Shown here: positions 55,731 to 64,000 of the stretch, piece by piece | Position numbering within the stretch: position 1 is the stretch's first letter | How the letters are laid out: each line of letters opens with the position of its first letter | Source: Spirochaetia bacterium | GTDB lineage: Bacteria; Spirochaetota; Spirochaetia; DSM-2461 | NCBI GenBank assembly: GCA_963666985.2 | Contig: CAXXIA010000002.1 | Location: 3,057,189 to 3,121,188 of the forward strand | Direction of reading: 5' to 3' | DNA: 64,000 nt | Made by a program: the position numbers and the translations under genes | The notes under the pieces: generated by a model | What the model was told of the DNA's origin: nothing | The model's database searches: none | The model's input: the letters and a program-made list of their open reading frames with translations, nothing else

Positions 55731-56592
55731 CCGTTTGGGTTTCAAACCGCATTTTTACCGGATTGCCTCACATGCCGTAATGATTCTCTTTGCGCTTTAT
55801 TTCATTTTTCCTTTGGTTTTTATGATTGTTTCATCATTTAAAAGCGAGCAGAGGATTTTCTCGGACCTAAAGACCATCGTATTCGCTTTTCTTCCGACGG
55901 AATTTACTTTTGAGAATTATGCGTATGTTTTTCATCGGGTTCCTTTTTGGCGTTTTTTCTTCAATTCGGTTTTTGTGACGGCATCAACAGTAATTCTTGG
56001 ATTGTTTATCAACAGTATGCTTGCTTTCTCTTTGGCTCGTCTCTACTGGCCGGTGAAAAAAATAGTCCTTTCCTTCATCATTGCCGTGGCGATAGTTCCC
56101 CTTGAGACAATAGCTGTTCCGATGCTTGTTCTTGTGAACCATCTCCCCTGGTTTGATGGGTCGGTCTCTTGGCTGGATACATATCGGGTACAGATTTTCC
56201 CCTTTGCGGCGGAAGCGTTTTCCACTTTTTTATTTTATCAGCTTTTTATAGGTATCCCCAAAGAAATTGATGAGTCGTGTTACGTTGACGGAGTGAAACC
56301 GTTTCGAATCTATTGGAATGTAACGTTACCGCTTTCTAAACCCGTTTTCGCGACAGTGACGATTCTTCAATCCTTGGCGATATGGAATTCTTATCTCTGG
56401 CCTCTTATGGTTACGAGAACCGAATCGGTTCGTCCTCTTCCCATCGGTATTACGGCTCTTTATGTGCTGAATATGCGCTGGGGGCATATTCTCGCCTTCG
56501 CATCCCTTATTACATTCCCGATGTTGATTCTTTTTGTTTTATTTCAACGATGGTTTGTACAGAGCATCGCTTCGGCGGGTTTAAAAGGGTAG
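55723..56592 (+). CDS. Carbohydrate ABC transporter permease (MalG-like)
   Basis: SSFK, TFENY, IPKEIDESCYVDG, WNSYLWPL, FQRWFV..GLKG. Confidence 0.9.
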   Translation: MTDRLGFKPHFYRIASHAVMILFALYFIFPLVFMIVSSFKSEQRIFSDLKTIVFAFLPTEFTFENYAYVFHRVPFWRFFFNSVFVTASTVILGLFINSMLAFSLARLYWPVKKIVLSFIIAVAIVPLETIAVPMLVLVNHLPWFDGSVSWLDTYRVQIFPFAAEAFSTFLFYQLFIGIPKEIDESCYVDGVKPFRIYWNVTLPLSKPVFATVTILQSLAIWNSYLWPLMVTRTESVRPLPIGITALYVLNMRWGHILAFASLITFPMLILFVLFQRWFVQSIASAGLKG

Positions 56593-56688
56593 TGCGGAAC
56601 TAAGGTGTAAACATCAGCAATCCAAGATGCTTTTCATCACACTTTCGGCACAGTATTTATTCGGCCGTGAGATGAAGTGTTTTCGGCG

Positions 56689-57117
56689 CTAAACGATAAA
56701 CATCCCGCTCAAAACCGCCGCGGCGAAGAGAACGAGATTCGCCGCGGGCAGCAGCCAGGGAATTTTTCGCTTCAGGGAACGCAGCGGAGCGAAGGCGAAG
56801 ATAAGAACGATGGGAAGCAGGCCGAAGACGGCGTGAAGCGCTCTCAGGGCGGCCGGGACGTTTTTTTCGACGGCCGTAACCGTTTCTCCCGCCGTTAAGC
56901 CGCTTAGAGGAACGCCCCGGGAAAGTGCGAGACGGACGAAAAAACCCGTTACGATTACCACGGGGAGTCCGAAATGGCTTCCGGCGCGGGCGATTCTGTC
57001 CCAGGAAGTCGGCCTTCCGCCGTTTTTTCGCATGGCGAGTCCCCTGAAGAGAAAAAAAGCATGACAGAGCAGCAGCAGGATGCCCGCGACGGCGTGTATC
57101 AGAGCCATTATGAGCAA
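56689..57117 (-). CDS. Small integral membrane protein of unknown function
   Basis: About four hydrophobic segments; fills the gap better than the overlapping alternatives. Confidence 0.5.
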   Translation of the reverse strand: MLIMALIHAVAGILLLLCHAFFLFRGLAMRKNGGRPTSWDRIARAGSHFGLPVVIVTGFFVRLALSRGVPLSGLTAGETVTAVEKNVPAALRALHAVFGLLPIVLIFAFAPLRSLKRKIPWLLPAANLVLFAAAVLSGMFIV

Positions 57118-57354
57118 GTAAATCCGGCTGTCGGCGTTGGGTCAAGGTCCGGGGTGCCGGGAAACGGGACTCAAGGGCGAGCTTCGCGGGGTCATTGAGT
57201 AAAAAAATAAGGGAATCGGCCGTCGTTATTTCTTGACTCGGCGGGGTTTTGGTAGGGTTTGTGCTTTTTTCGCTCAGTCTCTTCCGGCGGGGAGAAAACG
57301 CGGATTTCCGAATCGCCGCCTTGGGCCGCTTGCCTGTAAAAGGTGTGAAGATTT

Positions 57355-58407
57355 ATGCTGGCGGGGATGCAGAGAAAATCCCGAACAGCTTTTTTTCCGT
57401 GTTTCATCGTTTTTTCAGCCGTTCTCTTGGCCGCGCTTTTCGCGTATCCGGCGGCGGCCGAGGCACCCGCCGAAGCCAAGGGATTTTCCGGCGGGGGGCT
57501 GCATCTGTATCCGCTGGGCTGGTCTTCGGAAGGGCGCTGGGGTGCTCTGATCGGAAGGAATGAGGGAGATGAAACTTCTCAGGTTACGATTTTGGTGGTT
57601 GATGCGGTAACCGATGAGGTTCTTCATCGATCGGAGCCTCTTCCCTGGTCGGGGCCGGATTCTTTCGGGGCTTTCTGGAATCGGTATTCGGCCAAAGTGA
57701 AGGAAGTGACGGCTTCGTTTAATCTGGAGCTGGGGCTGCGTCCCGATGTGCGCGATGCCCGGTTCACGACGGGAGGATACAACTACGAGTTTGAGATGAA
57801 TCCTCCATCACCTGCTTCCGGACGCTATTCTTTGAGTCTGAAATCCTCCCGCGGCGATATGAAGGATGTGTTTCAAAGTCCGGTGGAAAAAGCTCCGCGG
57901 CGATCCTATCTGCTCGGTTCTCTGGTGAGTCCTTTCGAGGCGAGGGCCCTGGCCGTGATTCGCGAGGAGCCGTCCTACGGCGAGGGCTTGCCGGAGTACC
58001 GGTTCAGCGGGGCTCATCTTTCCCTCGGTTTTATTTCCATGCGAACCGACGATTCGGTGGGCAGTCTGATTTCCGCGGTGATGAACGGTCAGGAATATCT
58101 GGTGAAATCGCGGCTTGCCGCCGGAGCCGACCCTGAGGAAGCCGATGCCCGGAACTATACCGCTCTGCTCTTGGCGGCGAGGCTGGGGCATTGGACCATG
58201 CTGGGTGATCTCCTGGCGGCCGGCGCTTCCCCCAATCCCCGGGACGCCGAGGGCCGAACCCCGCTGCATTACGCGGCTTTCCGCGGCAATCCTATAGCGG
58301 TGAAGGCGCTGCTGGATGCCGGAGCCGACAAGAGCCTTCGGGACAGGGCCGGGCGTACTCCGGCGGAATTGGCGGCCGATTCTCAGGTGCGGGAAATGCT
58401 GCGGTAA
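57355..58407 (+). CDS. Exported protein with C-terminal ankyrin repeats
   Basis: Signal peptide ...PAAA|E; TALLLAA, GRTPLHYAA...LLDAGAD, GRTPAELA ankyrin repeats. Confidence 0.8.
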   Translation: MLAGMQRKSRTAFFPCFIVFSAVLLAALFAYPAAAEAPAEAKGFSGGGLHLYPLGWSSEGRWGALIGRNEGDETSQVTILVVDAVTDEVLHRSEPLPWSGPDSFGAFWNRYSAKVKEVTASFNLELGLRPDVRDARFTTGGYNYEFEMNPPSPASGRYSLSLKSSRGDMKDVFQSPVEKAPRRSYLLGSLVSPFEARALAVIREEPSYGEGLPEYRFSGAHLSLGFISMRTDDSVGSLISAVMNGQEYLVKSRLAAGADPEEADARNYTALLLAARLGHWTMLGDLLAAGASPNPRDAEGRTPLHYAAFRGNPIAVKALLDAGADKSLRDRAGRTPAELAADSQVREMLR

Positions 58408-58604
58408 TCCGCGGGACAGCGGAGTCGTTTCATCCGAAGGAATCCGGGAGTTGCGGGGCGGCGACGGGTGTGTTTATGCCCTCCTGTGTCCCGCTGCGCG
58501 GCTGAAACTTCCCGCCCGATTGTATCCGGAAGCGGCGGCGCGGGAGAATTTCCTTATCCGAAGTTCTCAGGAATCCGCGGGGCCGCGGAGTCGTTTCATC
58601 CGAA
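58406..58604. repeat. Pair of 33-bp direct repeats in an intergenic region
   Basis: 58406-58438 and 58572-58604, 31/33 identical (AATCCGCGGGRCMGCGGAGTCGTTTCATCCGAA). Confidence 0.7.
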
Positions 58605-58686
58605 AATACAGGGGCATTGAGCCGCGGCGGGACTTATCGCCGAGCAGGCCGTTTCTTCCGCCGGGCAATACCGATAAAATACTTTC

Positions 58687-59214
58687 ATGATCTATGAATA
58701 TGAAGGACACCGTCCGAAGCTCGACGGCGAGAGAATCTTTATCGCTCCCGGAGCGGATGTTATCGGCGATGTCGTTCTCGGCGAGGATACGGGTGTGTGG
58801 TTTAATGCCACGCTGCGGGGCGATCTGGAACCCATTACCGTGGGCCGGGGAAGCAATATCCAGGACGGCTGTACCGTCCATACCGATACGGGCGTACCCA
58901 CGAACATCGGGGAGGATGTGACGATAGGACACAACTGCGTTATTCACGGCTGCGATATTGGAGACGGATGTTTGATCGGGATGGGATCGGTCGTTTTAAG
59001 CGGCGCGAAGATCGGGAAAAACTGTTTGATCGGCGGCGGCTCTCTGGTAACCGGCGGCATGGATGTTCCCGACGGTATGCTGGTTCTCGGATCTCCGGCG
59101 AAGGTTATTAAGCCGCTGGGAGAGGGTGCTATCGCCAAGGGGCGCCGGAATTCCGAAAGCTATGTGGAGAAGAAGGATAAATACTTGGCCGCGGGGATAG
59201 GCCGGCCGGAGTAG
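58687..59214 (+). CDS. Gamma carbonic anhydrase-like hexapeptide protein (YrdA/PaaY family)
   Basis: VIGDV, LRGD, SNIQDG.TVH, TIGH..VIHGC, IGMGS, GSPAK. Confidence 0.92.
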   Translation: MIYEYEGHRPKLDGERIFIAPGADVIGDVVLGEDTGVWFNATLRGDLEPITVGRGSNIQDGCTVHTDTGVPTNIGEDVTIGHNCVIHGCDIGDGCLIGMGSVVLSGAKIGKNCLIGGGSLVTGGMDVPDGMLVLGSPAKVIKPLGEGAIAKGRRNSESYVEKKDKYLAAGIGRPE

Positions 59215-59317
59215 GCGATTTTTAGTGTCGGCGGCGGCATTGTATGGCGTTTCTCCGGGAACGGCGGTCCGAAGCAGAGGGTGCCCCCAATCCCACGTTC
59301 CGCGGCGCATTATCAGT

Positions 59318-59797
59318 CTACTTATGATAGGTTTCACCGGCCCTGATTTTTTCCGCCCGATAGATTTGCTCCAGCAGCATGACGCGAAAAAGACGATGAG
59401 GATAGGTGTTCGCTCCGAAGGAAATACAGTCCCGGCATCGTTCCCTCACCGCCGGAGACAGGCCGTTTGAACCGCCTATGGCGAAAAGCAGATGGCTGCT
59501 GCCCGAGGAGAGTCTCTTCGAGATTAATTTCGCCAGTCCCTCGGAGCCCAAATCGGTTCCCGTTTGATCCAGAGCGATTCCCCAGGCTCCTTCGGGCCAT
59601 TTGGACAGCATCTTTCGGCCCTCAATCTCGACGGCTTGAGCCAATTGTGCCTCGGAAAAGCGCTCGGGAACTTTCTCGTCGGGTATTTCGATGATGGAGA
59701 GCTTCGCGAATCGTTTAAGCCGGCCGGCATATTCGGCCACGCCTTCGGAGATCCACCGTTCTTTAATTTTCCCCGAGGCCAATATGGTAATGTTCAT
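59318..59797 (-). CDS. rlmH: 23S rRNA (pseudouridine1915-N3)-methyltransferase
   Basis: MNITILASGKIKE, EY..RL, IGGSNG, HRLFRVMLLEQIYRA, YHK C-terminus. Confidence 0.94.
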   Translation of the reverse strand: MNITILASGKIKERWISEGVAEYAGRLKRFAKLSIIEIPDEKVPERFSEAQLAQAVEIEGRKMLSKWPEGAWGIALDQTGTDLGSEGLAKLISKRLSSGSSHLLFAIGGSNGLSPAVRERCRDCISFGANTYPHRLFRVMLLEQIYRAEKIRAGETYHK

Positions 59798-59961
59798 CAA
59801 ATCCATTGTATCAGATGACAAAACGAATCGGCATGTTTCGCTCCCGTCCGCCGGAATCCCGCCGGGAGATTCGATATGCCTTCTTCCTCGTTCGTTTTTC
59901 GCCCGCTTGCGAACATTCCGGCCCCGCGGCATACTTGGATCATTCTCCAGGAGGGCCCGCG

Positions 59962-61281
59962 ATGACTCCCGACAAAAAAGCCGCCGACGCTTTTCTTTTC
60001 GACCATAAGATGCATCCGGACGCCATAGATATGAACGCTATGGTTGATCATATCACCCGTGAAATGACCAAGGGACTCGACGGAGATGATTCTTCTCTGG
60101 CCATGATTCCGACCTATATTGAAGTTGGGGCCGCTATCCCCGTGGATAAGCGCGTAGTGGTTCTGGACGCCGGAGGAACCAATTTGAGATCCGCTTTGGT
60201 GTCGTTTTCCGATGAAGGCAAGCCGGTTATCGAGGATTTCAGCAAACAGCCCATGCCCGGAACGCAAGGGAAAGAAGTCGGAAAAGACGAGTTCTTCGAT
60301 TCCCTGGCGAAGCTGGTGGAGCCGCTGATCGGCCGCGGCGAAAAGATCGGCTTCTGTTTTTCCTTTCCCACAGAGATTTTCCCCAACCGCGACGGCCGCC
60401 TGATTCATTGGTCCAAGGAAATCCGCGCCTCCGAGGTGGAAGGCCGAATCATCGGAACGGATTTGAGGGCGGCTCTGGCCGAACGCGGCGCTTCCGATCC
60501 GCCCGAGGTTGTTATTCTCAACGATACGGTCGCCACTCTTCTTACCGGCAAGGCTTCGCAGAAGGACAGGGACTGGGGCGGTTATGTCGGTTTTATTCTG
60601 GGAACGGGAACGAATACCTGTTATGTGGAATCCAACGCCGCAATCGGTAAAGTCTCGAATCTTAAGTCTTCCCACGTTCAGATTATCAACGTCGAATCGG
60701 GGAGCTACGCTTGTCCGAATCGCGGAACCGCCGATGAAATGCTCGGCGCTCTTACGGCGAAACCCGAAACGTATTGGCTTGAAAAGATGCTTTCCGGCGC
60801 TTATTTCGGTGCCTTGGCCACGCAGACTCTGATTCTGGCCGGCCGTGAAGGCTTGATTTCACCGAAATTAGCCGCGGCTCTGTCCGAACTTGGGACGATT
60901 TCCACGAAAGACGCGGATAATTACGCTCATAATCCGTCGGATGTTGGTTCCAACGCGCTGGCCGCGGCGGTGAAATCGGCGGGTTCCGGAGAGGATGCCG
61001 TTCGAATCTGGCATCTGACGGATGCGCTTTTGGAACGCGCCGCGAAAGTTACGGCGGCGAATCTGGCGGCGGCGGCTTTGAAAGGACCAAGCGGAAACGG
61101 ACCCATGTCGCCGATATGCCTGACCATAGACGGAACAACGTATTACCGCTATTACCGTTTTCAATCGCGCGTGGAATCGTATCTGCGTCCCTTTATGACA
61201 TCCCGAGATAAATACTACGAAACCGTCAAGGTTGAGGATGCGCCGCTGATCGGAGCCGCTGTTGCCGCGCTGACGAATTAG
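59962..61281 (+). CDS. Hexokinase (eukaryote-type hexokinase family)
   Basis: MIPTY, LDAGGTNLR, GFCFSFP, WSKE, NDTVATL, ILGTGTNTCY, NVESG, EKMLSGAY, DGT; ATG after AGGAGG. Confidence 0.92.
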   Translation: MTPDKKAADAFLFDHKMHPDAIDMNAMVDHITREMTKGLDGDDSSLAMIPTYIEVGAAIPVDKRVVVLDAGGTNLRSALVSFSDEGKPVIEDFSKQPMPGTQGKEVGKDEFFDSLAKLVEPLIGRGEKIGFCFSFPTEIFPNRDGRLIHWSKEIRASEVEGRIIGTDLRAALAERGASDPPEVVILNDTVATLLTGKASQKDRDWGGYVGFILGTGTNTCYVESNAAIGKVSNLKSSHVQIINVESGSYACPNRGTADEMLGALTAKPETYWLEKMLSGAYFGALATQTLILAGREGLISPKLAAALSELGTISTKDADNYAHNPSDVGSNALAAAVKSAGSGEDAVRIWHLTDALLERAAKVTAANLAAAALKGPSGNGPMSPICLTIDGTTYYRYYRFQSRVESYLRPFMTSRDKYYETVKVEDAPLIGAAVAALTN

Positions 61282-61377
61282 AGAAACAATGGAGTTTTTT
61301 CGTTAATATTTTCATTTCTTCTTTGATAAAGGAATTTACGCCGGAAAATTAGAAGTTTATTATTTGGTGCTGATGTG

Positions 61378-61758
61378 ATGAATAATAATCAACTGAAAGG
61401 TAAGTCCATTCTTATCGCCGACGATGAAGACTATGTCAGGCAGCATCTGGCGAAGCACCTCGAGAATCTCGGTTTGACGATTTATCAGGCGGGAAGCGGC
61501 GATGAGGCTCTGATTCTTGCGGAGAATGAGCCGAGCTTAATTATTCTGGATGTGAAAATGCCGAATCTCGACGGCATTCAAACAACCAGGCGTCTTAAAG
61601 AAAACGGAAAAACACGCGCAATACCCGTGATCCTTTTAAGCGCCATGGTCCAGAACGGCGAAGTGTCCGAAGGCATGGCCGCCGGCGCCAGCGGATATTT
61701 ATTAAAACCCATTACTTTCGCCAGATTATTGGATTCAATCAAGGAATATATCGGTTGA
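61378..61758 (+). CDS. Single-domain response regulator (CheY-like REC)
   Basis: IADDE, LDVKMP, LSA, YLLKP. Confidence 0.92.
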   Translation: MNNNQLKGKSILIADDEDYVRQHLAKHLENLGLTIYQAGSGDEALILAENEPSLIILDVKMPNLDGIQTTRRLKENGKTRAIPVILLSAMVQNGEVSEGMAAGASGYLLKPITFARLLDSIKEYIG

Positions 61759-61761
61759 TAT

Positions 61762-63828
61762 ATGGATTTCAATGATGAGAACATTCAGGAAGATGAGCGG
61801 CGGCTGCTTCAGAAGGAACTCATTCAGCTTGAAGATGAGAAGATTGTTGCCGAGCAGCGGTACCGGTCTTTATTTGAAAGCGCCCTTGTCGGTCTGTTTC
61901 GAGGCGATTTGGAAAAGGGCGTTCTTCTGGAGGCCAATCAGGAGACGGCTCGGATTTTCGGTTATGATTCCGCAAAAGAGTTGATTGAGTTCTTCAATTC
62001 CAACAGAGGGTATAATTTTCTTGTTCGTGTCCGCTCTTTATTCCGTGAGGCTTTCTCCAATGAAACCCGAACTTTTTCATCGAAATTGCGGCGTGCGGAC
62101 GGCAGTGAAATCTGGGTACAGTTTTGGATAAGGTTTATCGGTCAAAGTCTTAATGTCGAAGGGGCCGTGAGAGAAATAACCGATCAGGTTGAGGCCATTG
62201 AGAAATTTCGGCAGGCGAAATTGGAAGCCGAAGAAGCCAACAAGGCTAAAAGCCGCTTTTTGGCCACCATGTCCCATGAAATCCGTACCCCTTTGAACGG
62301 GATAATCGGCTATACCGAGATTATCGCTTCGGGAGACAGCGGCGACCCGAAAGCCTATGCGCGCAAAATTCTCGATGAATCAGACAGGCTGATGCTCCTG
62401 TTGAATCAGCTTCTTGATTTGTCCCGCCTTGAAGCCGAAAAAACCGAATTGGAAACCATTCTTTTTGATCTGAACGAAGTTTTAAACGATGCCGAATCGG
62501 TTGTGATGAAGGACATCTTGGAAAAGGGATTGGATTATCGGCGGGATAGGGGAAGATCGGTTCCTCAATGGTTTATCGGCGATCCCCTGCGTCTCGGTCA
62601 GATTTTAATGAATCTGCTTACCAACGCGGTGAAATTCACGGATAAGGGAAAAATCGTTCTTCGTCTGCGGCGGAAAAAGAGTTCCGGACGGTCCCTCCGC
62701 ATCGAGTTCTCCGTTATTGATACGGGAATCGGTATTCCTTTGGACAAACAGGATGCGATTTTCGCCAGTTTTGAACAAGCGGATTCCAGCATCAGCAGAC
62801 GATACGGCGGTTCCGGACTGGGTGTTCCCATCTGCCGGGAGCTCGTGGATTTAATGGACGGAACGCTTTTATTGGACAGTATTCCCGGGGAAGGATCGGA
62901 TTTCCATTTCACGATACCGATGACTCCCGCACCGGAATCCGTAAAAGACGTTCCCGTGAAGAAGTACGCCAATCCGGTGAATGAAAAACTTCTCAAAGGC
63001 GTTTCCGTTCTTATCGTGGAGGATTATGAAACGAACAGAGAAATTGTTCGTCATCATCTCGAAAAAGCCGGCTGTCTTGTCGATTGTGTGAACGACGGTA
63101 AGGAAGCCGTTGAGTTTCTCTTGCATAACGATTCGGTTCGGCTTGTTTTCATGGATATGCATTTGCCCGTTATGGACGGTTTGACGGCAACGCGGGAACT
63201 CCGTTCACGGGGATTTACCGGACCCATTATCGGCTTAACGGCAAGCGCTTACGCCAACGACAGGATTAAGTGTCTCGGGGCCGGTATGGACGATTTTCTC
63301 ACCAAACCCATTCGCCGTGCGGCGCTGTTGTCCAAGGCCGTTGATTGGATTATTTCTCAGAATATTGAGAGCGGAACGTTACGAATAGAAGACAAAACCG
63401 AACGTTTCCTCCTGACCGAGTATGATTCGGTGACTCCCGCTTCGGTCATCCGGTATAATGACCTTTTGGAAGAGTTGAACGGAGCCGAAGATTTGGCTTT
63501 TGAGCTTATGAACGGATTTGTTGAGAATACCGCCGCCGGCCTGAAAAAGGCCGCCGCCGATTTGCACGCGGGAATGTTCAGCGAAGTCCATCGTGAAGTT
63601 CATTCAATCAAGGGCGGTGCTTTAAACCTGATGGCCGACGATTTGGCGATTCAGGCCATTAACTTGGAGAGGGCCTTGAGGGATACCGTGGACATCGATG
63701 TTTACGACGATATCGAAGGGTTTGAAGATCTCCTGGAAAAACTGAAAAAAGCATTTAACGGCTTTGAAGAATGGCTTAGAAAACGGGAGAATAATGAAAC
63801 CGCTGAAAGACAGCCTGGTCCTTTATAA
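61762..63828 (+). CDS. Cytoplasmic hybrid histidine kinase (PAS-HisKA-HATPase-REC-HPt)
   Basis: PAS (LEAN...IFGY...RADG), FLATMSHEIRTPLN, NAVKFT, DTGIG, GGSGLG, MDMHLP, HSIKG; no TM segments. Confidence 0.93.
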   Translation: MDFNDENIQEDERRLLQKELIQLEDEKIVAEQRYRSLFESALVGLFRGDLEKGVLLEANQETARIFGYDSAKELIEFFNSNRGYNFLVRVRSLFREAFSNETRTFSSKLRRADGSEIWVQFWIRFIGQSLNVEGAVREITDQVEAIEKFRQAKLEAEEANKAKSRFLATMSHEIRTPLNGIIGYTEIIASGDSGDPKAYARKILDESDRLMLLLNQLLDLSRLEAEKTELETILFDLNEVLNDAESVVMKDILEKGLDYRRDRGRSVPQWFIGDPLRLGQILMNLLTNAVKFTDKGKIVLRLRRKKSSGRSLRIEFSVIDTGIGIPLDKQDAIFASFEQADSSISRRYGGSGLGVPICRELVDLMDGTLLLDSIPGEGSDFHFTIPMTPAPESVKDVPVKKYANPVNEKLLKGVSVLIVEDYETNREIVRHHLEKAGCLVDCVNDGKEAVEFLLHNDSVRLVFMDMHLPVMDGLTATRELRSRGFTGPIIGLTASAYANDRIKCLGAGMDDFLTKPIRRAALLSKAVDWIISQNIESGTLRIEDKTERFLLTEYDSVTPASVIRYNDLLEELNGAEDLAFELMNGFVENTAAGLKKAAADLHAGMFSEVHREVHSIKGGALNLMADDLAIQAINLERALRDTVDIDVYDDIEGFEDLLEKLKKAFNGFEEWLRKRENNETAERQPGPL

Positions 63829-64000
63829 ACAATCACCGGCATTGGTAACATCGGAAGGGGAGAAAATCGACATTCTGCTTCCCGGAGGGAAAACCCGCAG
63901 CGTGAGGGAAAAAGACATTTTTCCTCTGCATCCCGGCCCCGTTTCCGGTTATCCGGATTTGGAGAGCGGAATCCCCGAAGGACAGCCCGAAGAGGCTTGG
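63794..64000 (+). CDS. Probable RNB-domain ribonuclease (RNase II/R-like), 3'-truncated by the window edge
   Basis: Not in the ORF track. Open frame MKPLKDSLVLYKQSPALV...VREKDIFPLHPGP...PEEAW after GGGAG; resembles RNB-family N-termini as I recall them. Confidence 0.6.
   Translation, partial: MKPLKDSLVLYKQSPALVTSEGEKIDILLPGGKTRSVREKDIFPLHPGPVSGYPDLESGIPEGQPEEAW

Noticed and set aside
58406..58604. 33-bp repeats as a CRISPR array
   Set aside because: Only two copies, a 133-bp spacer and no cas genes.
59214..59340. rlmH 3' end as an integration site (orfX-like island)
   Set aside because: No recombinase or att-like repeat; a convergent housekeeping-type gene follows within about 100 bp.

Overview
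A gene-dense, GC-rich bacterial chromosomal window, most likely from a free-living or anaerobic spirochaete. That assignment is an inference from the 'VFA|xG' solute-binding-protein signal peptides, a eukaryote-type hexokinase, a G|WTFIE pseudopilin and the RNB N-terminus. Left to right it contains: (i) a Zn-dehydrogenase / OYE-type flavoenzyme / AEC transporter group and a membrane GGDEF protein; (ii) an L-rhamnose cluster (mutarotase, ABC transporter, YesMN-like two-component system, class II aldolase, rhaA, AraC regulator) with a hipBA toxin-antitoxin module embedded in it; (iii) an IS481-family element, an Fe-S aldo/keto reductase and an FMN reductase; (iv) a roughly 14 kb DeoR-headed cluster that joins a complete lipoate-dependent E1(fused alpha-beta)/E2/E3 complex to a PHP protein, a SrlD/SorD-like SDR, a SorE-like reductase, L-fucose isomerase and an FGGY kinase; (v) a compact type II secretion / type IV pilus-like operon; (vi) metY with a highly structured leader; (vii) a lower-GC LacI/GH32/ABC fructoside-uptake cassette; (viii) an ankyrin protein, a gamma-CA-like protein, rlmH, hexokinase, a response regulator, a hybrid kinase and a partial RNB ribonuclease. 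The best candidate for an undescribed system is (iv), together with (ii): a possible 6-deoxyhexose/ketose-phosphate route that ends in acetoin-dehydrogenase-type oxidative cleavage. No rRNA, tRNA or CRISPR array was seen. All product calls come from motif recognition by eye; no searches were run.
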